DNA of 64,000 nt from Squalus acanthias (Eukaryota): positions 6,820,001-6,884,000 of the forward strand of contig CM059432.1 in assembly GCA_030390025.1 (NCBI GenBank). The letters run 5' to 3'. Positions 1 to 12,466 of the stretch are shown here, in pieces. The position numbers and the translations under genes were made by a program. Under the pieces are notes generated by a model, which was not told the DNA's origin, did no database searches, and saw only the letters and a program-made list of their open reading frames with translations. Positions within the stretch are counted from its first letter, which is position 1; each line of letters opens with the position of its first letter.

Positions 1-262
1 ATTATATTTTGCATATGGTTGAGCTATACCTAATTGGTGAGTGCTTGATAGTGATCCTGGCTTCCCAAAGTAGAGGTCCTGATTCCCAGCACTGACATTC
101 TGCATCTCGATGAGGCCAAATTTTACATTTAAGAAAAGATTCAAAGTAATTAAAGGGGAAGAAATTCTTGGGAGAGCACAATTTGTTCCAAATATTTTTT
201 CAGAAAAGGAAATGATCCACTCATCAAAAAATTTGCTGTCATTTTTAAAGAAAAAAAATTAC

Positions 263-1140
263 TACTCTGGTTGTGGACGTTGCTGGCAAGGCCGGCATTT
301 ATTGCCCATCCCTAGTTGCCTTTGAGAAGGTGGTGGTGAACCGCCTTCTTGAGCTGCTGCAGTCCGTGTGGTGAAGTTTCTCCCACAATGCTGTTAGGTG
401 GGGAGTTCCAGGGTTTTCTAGCCACGATGAAGAAATGGTGATATACATCCAAGTCAGGATGGTGTGTGACTCGGAGGGGAACTTGGAGGTGGTGATGTTC
501 CCATGCACCTGCTGCCCTTGTCCTTGTAGGTGGCGGAAGTCGCGGGTTTGGGAGGTGCTGTCGACGGAGCCTAGGAGACTTGCTGCACTCCATCCTGTAG
601 ATAAGAACATTAGGAGCAGGAGTACGCCATTTGGCCCCTCGAGCCTGCCCCGCCATTCACTAAGATCATGGCTGATCTGATCTTGGCCTCAACACCACTT
701 TCCCGTCCGCGCCGCATAACCCTTGACTCCCCTGTAGCTCAAACATCTGCCTATCTCCGCCTTGAATATATTCAATGACTCCGCCTCCACAGCTCTCTGG
801 GGTAGAGAATTCCAAAGATTCACGACCCTCTGAGAGAAGAAATTCCTCCTCATCTCTGTTTTAAATGGGCGACCCCTTATCCTGAAACTGTGCCCCCAGA
901 TGGTACACATTGTAGCCAGGGTGGAGGGAGTGGATGTTTAAGGTGGCGGATGGGGTGCCAATCGAAGTTGGACTGCTTTGTCCTAGATGGTATCAAGCTT
1001 CTTGGTGATGTTGCAGCTGCACTCATCCAGGCCAGTGGAGAGTATTCCATCACACTGCTGACTTGTGCCTTGTAGGTGGTGGAGAGGCTTTGGGGAGTCG
1101 GGAGTTGAGCCATTTGCCGCAGAATACCCAGCCTCTGGTC
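263..1140 (-). mobile_element. 3' part of a non-LTR retrotransposon (CR1/jockey-group-like, clade not assigned), split by a CR1 insertion at about 601-897
   Basis: Minus-strand ORFs give YKAQVSSVMEYSPLAWMSAA and IYRMECSKSPRLRRQHLPNPR...WNSPPNSIVG...LKKAVHHHLLKGN*, an RT C-terminal region. The same family occurs at 23420-23795 (+). Confidence 0.75.
601..897 (-). mobile_element. CR1 LINE 3' end
   Basis: ORF 689..910 GHSFRIRGRPFKTEMRRNFFSQRVVNLWNSLP, plus the CR1 3'UTR hairpin region. Confidence 0.9.
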
Positions 1141-1699
1141 TTCTCTAGTTACTTAGCGGAGTTTCTCCCCTTGTAAAAGTCAGTGAGGAAATTCCCGGTA
1201 TAACTGTATCTCCACTGTTTCCCTGGGGATTCTTCCGGTCTTCTGCCAGAGTTACACCGGGAGACTGGCAATGCCTTTGCAAAGCTTCATCCCCAGTTTG
1301 TTTAGACAAAACACTAAGGAATCGTATTGTGGTAATCATGAGAGATTTTAATATCTGAAGTATGGGGACAGCTCAAGGGCAGCCAAAATGGAAGGGTGAC
1401 GGCATAAGCAAATTTCAGAGAGGTAATAAGAGTTGTTGCCATAACATAATAAATAAAGCTGGACAGATGCTATATTGTATGTAACACTGAGCAGTATAAC
1501 ATAATAGTGAACACTTGGTTTCTGGTGGCAATTAAGACTGAGGCCAAAAATGTGCAGAACTTAACAGCAGCAAGCTTTGGGGAGAATTAAGTTGTAGGGC
1601 GAACCAACAAATATGATGACAAAAAAAGGTTCAAAGTCTGTTTCAAGAGATGTGGAAAGAATGTATAGTTTTGGGAGAAAAATACCAAGCTGACGGTAA

Positions 1700-2110
1700 A
1701 AGTTGCCTGAAGGTTATGACACGAGGAACAAAAAAGTTAGTTGTGATTAAGCAAGTACTAAAAGGGCTCGAAGGCCAGCAAAAAAACCCACGATTGTTGG
1801 TAACAGCAATGGTGAGAAACAGCAAAAGATTTCTGTGTGCTTACAAGTCTATTGTTACTAAGCTCAATGAAGAACTATATAATGCATCTCAAAGGCACTT
1901 GATTATAAATCAAAACAAGTTTTATTTTCTGCTTTCAAGCTCATTGGCGAGATCATATTTGGAATGCAGTGCGCAACTTTGGGCACTAAACCTTGTAAAG
2001 CATATTTATGCATTGAAGCATTTAGAGAAGAGTAAGTTGTGATGAGTTATGAGGAAATACTCTCAAAATGGGAAAACGAGAGGCAACATGACCTAAGGAC
2101 TTAAAATACT
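1700..2110 (+). mobile_element. Highly decayed CR1-like RT remnant
   Basis: SLARSYLECSAQLWALNLVKHIYALKHL aligns with CR1 [26 protein letters not shown] seen elsewhere in this window. Confidence 0.5.
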
Positions 2111-2946
2111 TGGAGGCATAAGAAAATGTACATGGATAATATTACACTAGTGCAATCTTGTGAAAGAATCATTGTAGCCACAGGCCAGGAATCTTTCTTT
2201 TGATTGGCTCCTGACGTTCTAGTGACAGCTTCAATATTTATGGCAGAGCACTCCTTTAAAAATATTGCTTTGTTGCTTTTACAGTTTGGATCGCAGGTAG
2301 CTGATGTGAGTCGAAAGCAACCTTGTAATTGCAGTGAGACCAGCTTTCCTAGTGTAGCTTATTTTATTTTTGTCCAAATTTTCGTACTGATTTTTGCTTG
2401 CTGACTCCTGTGAGTGAATGTGAAACGGGCTAGAGGTTGGGATTTGTCGGCACTGGACCTCCACTTTTATCTGCTTCTGTTCACATTTTCAGCAGGGTTT
2501 TGCACCCACTAGGACGAAAAAAAATTGCAAAAAAACTTTGTAGAGATAATGGGTAGATTTATTTGGGCATTACTCCTGGGCACATTGGATTGCTTGGGCA
2601 CTGCAACTACAGCAAAATCAGGTGAGTCAGAACATATGTCCGGAAGGGAGCCCACTCGATTTTCCATACAAACTTGGAGGCGTGCTTCTTCCTGTCCGAC
2701 TTTCCTATACTCACCGCATCCAGGCGATTCAGTTTGCCATGGTACATGGCCAGGCAGATATACCCCAGTAAGTGTAATAGTGCATGTCCTATATATTATT
2801 TAAGGCATGGATAAAGGTGCTGAAAGTATAACTTCATGGTCATCGTCTGTATGACTGTGGTACGGCAACCATTTTGCATATTGAAATCTTTTTGCTCCCA
2901 CTTCACGTCATTTTTTTCCCTGTCATTGGTGAATGGTTGGACTTCA

Positions 2947-3250
2947 GAACATAAGGGGTCACAGTCTCAGGATACGGGGTAGGACATTTAGGACTGAGAT
3001 GAGGAGAAAGTTCTTCACTCAGAGGGTGGTGAACCTGTGGAATTCTCTACCACAGAAGGCTGTGGAGGCCAAGTCACTGAATATATTTAAGAAGGAGATA
3101 GATAGATTTCTAGACACAAAAGGCATCAAGGGGTATGGGGAGAGAGCGGGAATATGGTATTGAGATAGAGGATCAGCCATGATCATATTGAATGGTGGAG
3201 CAGGCTCGAAGGGCCGAATGGCCTACTCCTGCTCCTATTTTTCTATGTTC
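2947..3250 (+). mobile_element. CR1 LINE 3' end
   Basis: ORF 2933..3163 RGHSLRIRGRTFRTEMRRKFFTQRVVNLWNSLP, with a ttctatgttc tail. Confidence 0.9.
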
Positions 3251-3251
3251 T

Positions 3252-3751
3252 ATAAGAAATAGAAGTAGGAGTCGGCCATTCAGCCCTTCAAGCCTGCTCA
3301 GCCATTCAGTAAGATCATGGCTGATCTTCGACCTCAAGTCCACTTTCCCGCCCGATCTCCATATCCCTTGATTCCTTTAATATTGAAAAATCTAGCGATC
3401 TTTGTCTTGAATATACTCAATGACTGAGCATCTACAGCCCTCTGGGATAAAGAATTCCAAAGATTCACAACCCTTTGAGTGAAGAAATTTTTCCTCATCT
3501 CAGTCCTAAATGGCCGACCCCTTATTCTGAGATGGTGACCCCTGGTTCTAGACTCCCCAGCCAGGGGAAACATCTTCCCTGCATCTACCCTTTCAATCCC
3601 TGTATAAATTTTATATGTTTCAATGAGATCACGCCTCATTCTTCTAAATTTTAATCTTATGTCTCCTCATAGGACAATTCCCCCTTCCCAGGAATCAGTC
3701 TGGTGAACCTTCAGTGCACTTCCTCTAAGGCAAATATATCCTTCCTTAGGT
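3252..3751 (-). mobile_element. CR1 LINE 3' end, tail-to-tail with the previous copy
   Basis: ORF 3334..3639 MRRDLIETYKI...NLWNSL. Confidence 0.9.
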
Positions 3752-4137
3752 GAAAACACATGATGGCACTCTTATTATGCGCTTCAATTATAAGCATTCT
3801 TCACTTGTAAGTTTATACAGTGATGCTTAGATTTTCCAATGGATACCACCTAATTTTTGGGCAACATTGAAGATGGCAGGAAATGTTGCCTTGGTTCCAT
3901 TTTAGCACCCACCCAATAGTCCACCGTCAATTCCAACAGACAGAACAAGAAATTATGTAAAATGCTTGGCTCTATTTAAATGAGTCAGTATTGATGTGCT
4001 CATGTAATAAGTCCCATTTTCTGTCATTACCACCCCATTTACGCACAGTGCCAATCATGCTTCTATATGTTTCATGCTTCATACAGACCAGTGTTGCAGT
4101 AGAAAAGTTGGATGTGGATATAAAGGAATCTCAGATC

Positions 4138-4666
4138 AACAGCAACAACTTGCATTTATATAGCACCTTTAACGCAGTAAAACATCCCAAGACGCTTCAC
4201 AGGAGCATATTATCAAACAAAATTTGACACCAAGCTACACAAGGAGATATTAGGGCAGATGGAGGTAGGTTTTAAGGAGCATCTTAAAGGAGGAAAGAGA
4301 GGCAGAGAGGTTTAGGGAGGGAGTTCCAGAGTTTAGGGCCGAGGCAGCTGAAGGCACGGCTGCCAATGGTGGAGCGATGAAAGTCGGGTATCCACAAGAG
4401 GCCAGAATTGGAGGAGTGCAGAGATCTCGGAGGGTTGTAGGCAACGTTCCCGCTCAGCTGCACAGCCGCACCGTGGAGTGGAGGTCCCACGCAGGCTGCT
4501 CACCGGTTTCTACAGGGAAGAAATCGTGGATGCGCGGAAATATTAATGGACCCCGTACTAAAAATAAATTAGGGGAAACATTGGTTGTCGGGCTGAAGGA
4601 GGTTACAGTGATGGGAGGGACGGGGGCCATGGAGAGATTTGAACACAAGGATGAAAATTTTAAAAT
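4138..4666 (-). mobile_element. L2 LINE 3' end, interrupted by a hAT MITE
   Basis: FKIFILVFKSLHG and PPRSLHSSNSGLLWIP...IGSRAFSCLGPKLWNSLP motifs, with a (GTT)n-type tail. Confidence 0.85.
4442..4583. mobile_element. Non-autonomous hAT element (MITE), 142 bp
   Basis: Imperfect TIRs CAACGTTCCCGCTCA / ttaggggaaacattg with CA...TG ends. 8-bp TSD gttgtagg (4434-4441) / gttgtcgg (4584-4591). Removing it restores the L2 sequence. Confidence 0.8.
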
Positions 4667-4899
4667 CGGGGCTTATTTCTGAGCTGATTTTTGTCGTATG
4701 TTTTGTTTTCGGACTACCTTTGTGCTTTCTGCTGTGCCGCTCCGATTCCCCTTCCTGCCCCGTCCTCCAATTCTGAATAGGACACACTGGAGTATTTTGC
4801 TAAATCTGTTCTTTGGAGGAGCGGGAGGAAGCTAGGCGCGTGAGGTAGCTTAGGAGATGAAGGTACTTCCACAGACTGAGTTGTTTCTACCTCCACTTG

Positions 4900-5560
4900 C
4901 CCCAGGAACAGTGTTTGTGGAGGCTACGCTTCACAAAGGAAACCTCTGGGGTTGCCAGTTACATTCGGCAATCAGCTATGCAGAAATGTACAACAAAATG
5001 GAATGGACACCTTGCTCGAGCAAGCCAGTTCATTCATTTCCTGAAGGACAACTGGTAGCTACAAGGCAGGGCACTGCAACCTTTGCAGAATGGCAAGATT
5101 CCCCAAGGTATAAGAAACCATACGTTGCATCCAAGTGATCGTTATGTGCTCACTTGATCAACACCATCATGGACGTCAACGGGAAAAGATTCCAGTCTCT
5201 GAAAGTCCAGCTCACTTGCAACCAGATGCATTGCCTTAGTGCTCTCTTTGGGAGTTGCCCCAATGTCTTCAATTCAGGACAGGCCACCGTGCTGGTACTC
5301 TTTGACCCAGGAAGGCAAGTCCCTGGGTGGCTACCCTCTGCATACCTCTGCACTTTCAGCTTAGTAACAAGGCCCATTCAACCTGGGTGCTCTGCTGCAT
5401 AACCAACAGATATCTTTCATCAGACTTCTGCTTCTGCATCCAAGATTACTTTTTTTTTAGTGTCCTAGGCCTTTTGACATTTAAATCTTGCAGCAGTAAG
5501 CTATTTTCTGCCTCTCAACAGGCAAGATCCCTGTGAAATGTGCTTACAATTCTTGGGGCC
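4900..5560 (+). pseudogene. Decayed PIF/Harbinger (HARBI1-like) transposase
   Basis: Across frameshifts: QFIHF, RMARFPKV*ETIRCIQV (resembles RIAGFPRVQGAIDCTHV), NGKRFQSLKVQLTCNQ (resembles NRKGFHSLNVQLVCD), FGSCPNVF (resembles FPGSCHDAF), and PGWL (resembles GWLLGD), in the expected order. Confidence 0.65.
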
Positions 5561-5749
5561 CGCCCTCAGTTAAGTGAACACTGGAAACTTTGGTGGGGTC
5601 AACGCTAGTGCAGTCAGGCAGGCGGAAGTCCCACTTCGTTACAGTTCCGGGAAGGGATCGCGTGCCATCAGAAAATCTGAGCTTTCGTGTAATCAGACTA
5701 TTTGAATGGGATGAGACAACAAAACCTAGCCAATTCTTGTCCCTGTCCA

Positions 5750-6400
5750 ATGTTCATAGGAACAGGAGGAGGCCATTCAGCCCCTCGAACTGGGCAATAA
5801 TAAATGCTGGCCTTGCCAGCGACGCCCACATCCCAGGAACGAATAAAAAAAATAGCCTGCTCCGCCATTCGATTCGATCATGGCTGATCTGTATCTTCAC
5901 TCCATCTACCCGCCTTGGTTCAATATCCCTTAACACCCTTGCCTAACAAAAATCTGTCAATCTCAGTTTTGAAATGATCAATTGAGCCCCAGCCTCAACA
6001 GCTTTTTGAGGGCGAGAGTTCCAGATTTTCACATACATACATAAAGAAAGACTTGCATTTCTATAGCACCTTTCACGACCACCGGGCGTCCCAAAGCGCT
6101 TTACAGCCAATGAAGTACTTTTGAAGTGCAGTCACTGTAGTAATGTAGGAAACGGGGCAGCCAATTTGCACACAACAAGCTCCCACAAACAGCACTTGCT
6201 AGCGGGGTCACTGGATAGCGGTCAGGAGCAGGGTCTCTAGTGGCTTTTCCTGCCCCCCACCCCCCGTCTCTTATCTCATTACTGAGGCTAATTGGAAAAA
6301 CCTCTATTGCTGCTCATTCTAAGGATCGAACTTGGAACCATACTCGTGTATTGTTGAGTATGACACCAGAAAAGTGCAATTATTCATTGAGCTTTGGGGA
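5750..6400 (-). mobile_element. Composite SINE-like element with a CR1-derived 3' tail, interrupted by a Deu-SINE fragment (about 6043-6191)
   Basis: The same CR1-tail/body junction ccagattttcacatacat|gcact..agc.gggtc recurs at about 51665-51700. Confidence 0.55.
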
Positions 6401-6841
6401 GATATAAAACCATGGATTTTTAAATATTAGGTTAGAGTTGAGCAATACCCAGTTATGTTTCTGGCGTACCAAAGGAGTTTTGAAAGATAATTGCTAACTG
6501 CAAACAAATAAAAACCAGTTGAGCATATCAGAATAGCTCTGGCACGGGAATGATCGAAATAATCCAGTTAAATGCTTGAATAAGTATCAATAGGGCCATA
6601 AAACCAGAAATCATGACAGCGTTAATTTTTAACTGATGTGGAGTGATTTTATATGTTCCTTGTAAAATTACTTCTGGTAAATTAACTGTTTTCAATCTTT
6701 TCCATTGAAAAAAAAAGACTTGCATTCATATAGCACCTTTCACGATCTCAGTACTTCGCAAATCACTTCACAATCCAATTGAGTACGTTTTAAGCAAGTC
6801 ACTGCTATACTGTAGGAACCGTGGCAGCCAATTTGTGCACA

Positions 6842-7093
6842 CCATGAAACTACCGGATTGTCATTAAAAACCCATCTGCTTCATTAATGTCCTTTTGGGA
6901 AGGAAATCTGCCGCCCTTACCCGGTCTGGCCGATATGTGACTCCAGACCCACAGCAATGTGGTTGGCTCTTAACTGCCCCTCTGAAATGGCCTAGCAAGC
7001 CACTCAGTTGTATCAAAGGGCAATTAGAGGTGGGCAATAAATGCTGGCATTGCCAACGACGCCCACATCCCGTGAATGAATTTAAAAAAAAGA
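6842..7093 (+). mobile_element. 5'-truncated SINE with probable Meta domain, inserted in a Deu-SINE (6716-7275, minus strand)
   Basis: Core aaaacccatctg.ttca.taatgtcctttxgggaaggaaatctgcc, and a tail shared with the LINE at 263-600. 16-bp TSD agccaatttgYgcaca at 6826-6841 and 7094-7109. Confidence 0.75.
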
Positions 7094-7276
7094 AGCCAAT
7101 TTGCGCACAGCAATGTCCCACAAACAGCAATGAAATAAATGACCAGATAACCTGTTCTAGGTGTTGGTTGAGGGATAAATGTTAGCCAGGACACCAGGAC
7201 AAAATACCCCGCTCTTCTTCGATTAGTGACATGGGATCTTTTACGTCCACCTGAGAGGGCAGCCGGGGCCTCGGTG

Positions 7277-7742
7277 CAGAGGGTACCAGGGATGAAAGAC
7301 TTCAGTTACGTGGAGAGACTAGAGAAACTAGGGTTGTTCTCCTCCTTAGAGCAGAGAAGGTTATGGGGATTTTTGATAGAGGTGTTCAAAATCATGAAGG
7401 GTTTTGATGGAATAAATAAGGAGAAACTGTTTCCAGTGCCAGAAGGGTCAGTAACCAGAGAACACAGATTTAGGGTAATTGGCAAAAGAACCAGAGGCGA
7501 CATGAGGGATAAAAAAATTATGCAGCGAGTTATGATGATCTGGAATGCACTGACTGAAAGGGTGGTGGAAGCAGATTTAATAATAACTTTCAAAAAGGAA
7601 TTGGAGAAAGGGGGAAAAATTGCAGGGTTATGGGGAAAGAGCAGGGGGAGTGGGACTAATTGGATAGCTCTTTCAAAGAGCAAGCACCGGCACGATGGGC
7701 CGAGTGGCCTCCTTCTGTGGTGAATCATTCTATGATTCTATG
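7277..7742 (+). mobile_element. CR1 LINE 3' end (second subfamily, attctatg tail)
   Basis: VPGMKDFSYVERLEKLGLFS.LEQRRL...IEVFKIMKG...IWNAL. Confidence 0.9.
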
Positions 7743-8959
7743 CATAAATTTCATCTGACATCTAACTGCTCAATATACTCGACTGTCTGTGTCCTCCTGA
7801 AGTTGCTTACAGTTTCACATCACAGTTCGCCACGCTCCCTATTTTTGTGTCAACCGCAACTTTCGGTATTGTGCCCAAGTCCAGGTCATTTATCTATGTT
7901 GAGATATGCACTAGTCGCAGTGCTGACCCCGGTTTACAGCCCATCAGTCCAAAACTGCATCCATTAACCACTACTTTTTTTCTGTCCTATAACCAAATTT
8001 CCGTTCATGCTGCCACACTCCCTTTAATATCTTGTGCCTTCATTTCATCAATAAGCCTGCTAGCTTTTGAGAATCTATATGCACAACATGCACTGCATTT
8101 CCTTTATCAACGGACTCTGTTACTTCCTCAAATAAGTTTTTAATTTGTGTCTGGTTTTAGTTCGTGCACCTGAAGAAAAATGTGAAGACTCTGGAGCGGT
8201 TCAGAGGAGTGCGCTCTGTGTGACAGCAAATCTCAAGAGTTCTTAGTTATGAGAATTGGCTTCGATCACTTTGACAAAGTGCCCACTTGGAAGGAATGAT
8301 TGAGGTTTTTATAATGAAGGTTAGGTTGGTTATTTGAAACCGATAGGAATGGTAGAGTTGGATAGGGATGCTTAGCTTAGATGCCAGTAAGTATTTATTT
8401 TGTAGTGTCATTTCTCTTTGCAACAATCCTCAGCAATGTGGGAGGGCTACGGAACCAAGGCAGGTAGATGGAGTTAAGATCAGCCATGATCTAATTGAAT
8501 GGTGGAATAGGCTCGAGGGGCGAAATGGCCTACTCCTGTTCCTATGAGTATGGGGTCAGTACTGACCTATTAAAAGGCAACTTGAGAGAAGACGACATTG
8601 ACAGTTATAGGTGGTGAGTGCTTAGTTTGATGAGACTGGGATCTGCAATGGGCAACTGTGATCCCCTAGAGCTTGCCTGCCTGGTTGCCTTGGGGATTTG
8701 GGGGGGAATTTCCTGAATCGGCCACAGGTTTTCTTCCCTGCTTTTCTTTTACCTCTTCCTTGAGGCTCTTTTCCCACTGTCTTTGTATATTTGTATATAT
8801 GGTGTAGAACTGCGAAAGAGTCCTTTGGTATTTTTTCCCTGTTCAAAATGAAGTGTCCAGTTGTTGTGGAGGCTGATTTACACTGAAAGAGTGAGAAATC
8901 TTAACGCTCGTGAGAAGAGTGGGAAATGAGGATCAATTTAAATAGTTAGATCCACACTA

Positions 8960-9376
8960 GAGGGCCACGTCGTCCACATGCCCGATACGAGACTCCCAAA
9001 ACAAGTGCTCTACTCGGAGCTCCAACACGGCAAGAGAGCCCCAGGTGGGCAGAGGAAACGCTTCAAGGACACCCTCAAAGCCTCCTTGGAAAAAGTGCAA
9101 CATCCCCACCGACACCTGGGAATCCCTGGCCCAAGACCGCACAAAGTGGAGGAGAAGCATCCGGGAAGGCGCCGATCACCTCGAGTCTCTTCGCCGACAG
9201 CAAGCGGAAGGAGCGCACGTCAACCCAAGCACCCCACCTACCCGCCCCTTCAACCACCGTCTGCCCCACCTGTGACAGAGACTGTTGGTCCCGCATTGGA
9301 CTCATCAGTCACCTGAGAACTCACTTGTAGTGTGGAAGCAAGTCATCCTCAGTTCCGAGGGACTGCCTAAGAAGAG
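8960..9376 (+). mobile_element. RTE-clade LINE 3' end
   Basis: GHVVHMPDTRLPKQVLYSELQHGKRAPGGQRKRFKDTLKASL, then KKCNIPTDTWESLAQDRTKWR, then a C-terminal CPTCDRDC...SHLRTH zinc finger. Short aag tail. Confidence 0.88.
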
Positions 9377-10075
9377 ATTTTGCAGCTTGGTTTTTGAAAC
9401 CTGCGGTTTTGATGAACCTGGTTTTTCCACTTTGCAAAGAGTGGCGGGACTAAGTCAAAAAGTTGAAGGGGGCATTTTCTCTTTGGGCTTGGACGCAAAA
9501 CTGGTATTTGCAGATTGTCTGCACGTTACTACCCAGCCCCATGTCCCTTTCTCTTGAGATCAATCGAAAGGAAACGCGGTCGGGGTGTATAACAGGCAGC
9601 CTGATTCACAGCCCGCGTCAAAACCGAACATTATCCCAAAGTCTTCAATGGGGGAGACGCACTTTAAAATTATATTTGAGTTGATTTTTCAGTCGAGGAT
9701 GTGAACGAGAATGTTCAATCAAAATTCAAACATTTTATTCACGTTTTAGCTCCCAACTATAATTTTGCTTAACATGACAGACTAGATAAAGGGAATGTAT
9801 TTGATGCACAGATTTTGCTTTTAGGATACTATTTATAAACCTATTTTGTGGAGTTAATACAATCAAGACCGGTTTGCTACATCAGCACTTATAAAATGAT
9901 TAAAACCTGAATGAGTCCTGTTTTGAATGCATACTGTGAATCTAATTACAATTCAGCATTTTAGCACTGGAGCTCACAGAGCATGATAAGGCTGTAATTT
10001 ATTTGAAGTGCGGATAATAATTCTATACATTTGCTATTTGTTACTAATTGCAACTATCATTTGCTCTTGTTCAAG

Positions 10076-10200
10076 AATCTCGCCCACTCTCTGTACCAAT
10101 AAAAGTAATGCAAAGCTCTGAAGAATGGAGCAGTCCAGAGGACCGAATGAAAGAATTCATTGGATTAGTATGGGATGCAGTCAAACGCCTAACACTTCAG
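10076..10200 (+). CDS. VPS13B: VPS13B internal coding exon (125 bp, phase 1 to phase 0)
   Basis: Acceptor ttgttcaAG at 10074-10075 and donor GTaggt at 10201. Translates (E)SRPLSVPIKVMQSSEEWSSPEDRMKEFIGLVWDAVKRLTLQ, which matches recalled vertebrate VPS13B (ESRPLSVPVKAM...SPEERMKEFIGIVWNAVKHLTLQ). Joins in frame to the exon at 31741. Confidence 0.9.
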
Positions 10201-10289
10201 GTAGGTGGTGCCAATCCTAGGTACAGACGTGCTGATATTGTGCTGTTTATTTAAAAAAAAAATAATTTAAATAGTACTTTTCAGGATGG

Positions 10290-11855
10290 TTTCATCCCAA
10301 ACTCTGCTGCCCGTATCCTAACTCGCACCAAGTCCCGTTCACCCATCACCCATGTGCTCGCTGACCGACATTGGCTCCCGGTCCGGCAACACATTGATTT
10401 TAAAATTCTCATCCTTGTTTTAAAATCCCTCCATGGCCTCGCCCCCTCCCTATCTCTGTAACCTGCTCCAGCCCCACAACTAGATGCAGGAAGGATGTTC
10501 CCGATGGTGGTGGAGTCCAGAACCAGGGGTCACAGTCTAAGGATAAGGGGTAAGCCATTTAGGACTGAGATGAGGAGGAATTTCTTCACCCAGAGAGTGG
10601 TGAACCTGTGGAATTCTCTACCACAGAAGGCAGTTGAGGCCAAATCATTAAATATATTCAAGAAGGAGTTAGATATATTTCTTAAGGCTAAAGGGATCAA
10701 GGGATATGGGGAGAAAGCAGGGACAGGGTACTGAATTTGGATGATCAGCCATGATCTCATTAAATGGCGGAGCAGGCTCGAGGGGCCGAATGGCCTACTC
10801 CTGCTTCTATGCTTCTAACCCTCCGAGATCTCTGCGCTCCTCCAATTCTGGCTGCTTGCGCATCCTCGATTTTTATCACTCCACCATTGGCGGCCGTGCC
10901 TTCAGCTGCCTAGGGCCTAAGCTCTGGAATTCCCTCCCCAAACCTCTCTGCCTTTCTACTACCTCTCTCTTCTCTTTTAAGATGCTCCTTAAAACCAACC
11001 TCTTTCTGTCCTAATGGCCCAAAAATTCGTGAGGAAGCCTTCGTGCGAGGGTAAGGCTTCCCCGCGATCTCTCACTGCGCGTTGGCTTTTTCAGTTCCAG
11101 CTCGCACGAACTTGATGTTCTGGACAGCAGCTGTGCAGGGCTTGCGTATCCCACAGGCGTAGTTAATTCGTGCGAGCTGTGGGATCACGTGACTCAGTTA
11201 GAGCCAATGGCAGCACACCATCTTCCATTCATAACTTTCACATAAGTGCTGTGAAAGCTATGAATCTATACCCCCCCAAAAGAACAGCTAAACCTCAATT
11301 AAATTTTTTTTAAAAACCATCACAATAATAAAATAAGTATAGTTAAATAAATTAACCATTTTAAATAAAAAATTAAATTTTTGAAATTTTTTTAAATCTT
11401 TTAAAAAGTTATAAAAATAAACTTACCTGTCTTTAAAGTCTCTAAAAAAGATATACCTGTTTAAAAAAATTCAAAATAATACTTAATTCACTACTTACCT
11501 TGTTAAAAGTGGGTCTTACTCCTTTTTTTATGTGTAAAATCTTCCGTACTTACCTGCGCGTTGAAACCACTAAGTGCACTGCATGCGCGCAGCCTGTAGC
11601 GTGCACGCGGTTCAGCTAGGAACCGCCCCCTTTTCCATTCACCAAGTGCCGGTTTTCAGCGCATGCGCAGTGCATGCAGAAAACCGGCAATTGGAGACAG
11701 AATACGCGAGAGTACGCACGTAGCGGCACTAATTTTTGGGCCATTATCTCCTGATGTGGCTCTGGGCCAAATTTTGTTGGATAACTCCCCTGTGGAAGTG
11801 CCTTGGGACGTTTTACTACGTTAAAGGCGCTATGTAAATGGAAGTTGTTGCTGGT
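10290..11855 (+). mobile_element. L2 LINE 3' end with a nested CR1 (about 10480-10812) and a nested MITE (11016-11742)
   Basis: L2 motifs (NSAARILTRTKSRSPITHVLADRHWLPV; PPRSLRSSNSG...KLWNSLP) resume after each insertion. CR1 ORF 10495..10734. Confidence 0.85.
11016..11742. mobile_element. PIF/Harbinger-type MITE
   Basis: TIR ggcccaaaaatt / aatttttgggcc, flanked by aat/att, with an AT-rich centre. Related to 34666-35420 and 59562-59966. Confidence 0.75.
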
Positions 11856-12466
11856 GTTGTAAACTGGGGTTGTTGAAGACACAGCTCTTGGGCCATCTCC
11901 CACTATATGAGCGTCAGAGGTTCGTTTATATTTGTTTGTTTGTGCACGTCAGTTTCTAACCCTACCAATGGCAGCATTTTGAACTTTGTGGGCCTGGAAA
12001 ATTGAAAAAAGCCTGATCTTTTATCAGTGAATTTGTGAGGCAGCAGCCTTCGCTCGTCCTCCAGTCTGGGAAGTTCAAAAAAAAACTCGACCAGCGGGAG
12101 AAGAAACAGCAACTTCAGAGAGTGAGTAGTAGAGAAGACTGTTGAGGCAACGGCACAGACGACAGCAGTGTGGAACAGACCACAGCAGGCGAGAAAGAAG
12201 GAGCGTCAGACAGATGATTTTAGTGTTGGGGTGGGTTCCCTTTATCAGCTTCACGATATACATGTCACAATGCACATGTTACCAACACTCATAAATCAGG
12301 TGATGTTCGGAATGATTTTGAATGCTTCTCCAATTAATATGGAAAATGTCTACTGGAAAGGGAAGTGATACTGTTGGACATGGCATTGACTTCTTATGCT
12401 ACGTGACCCAAAAGCGATTTAATCGTACGCAGCACTCGATACTTGTAGCACATGGACGTAGTCCCC

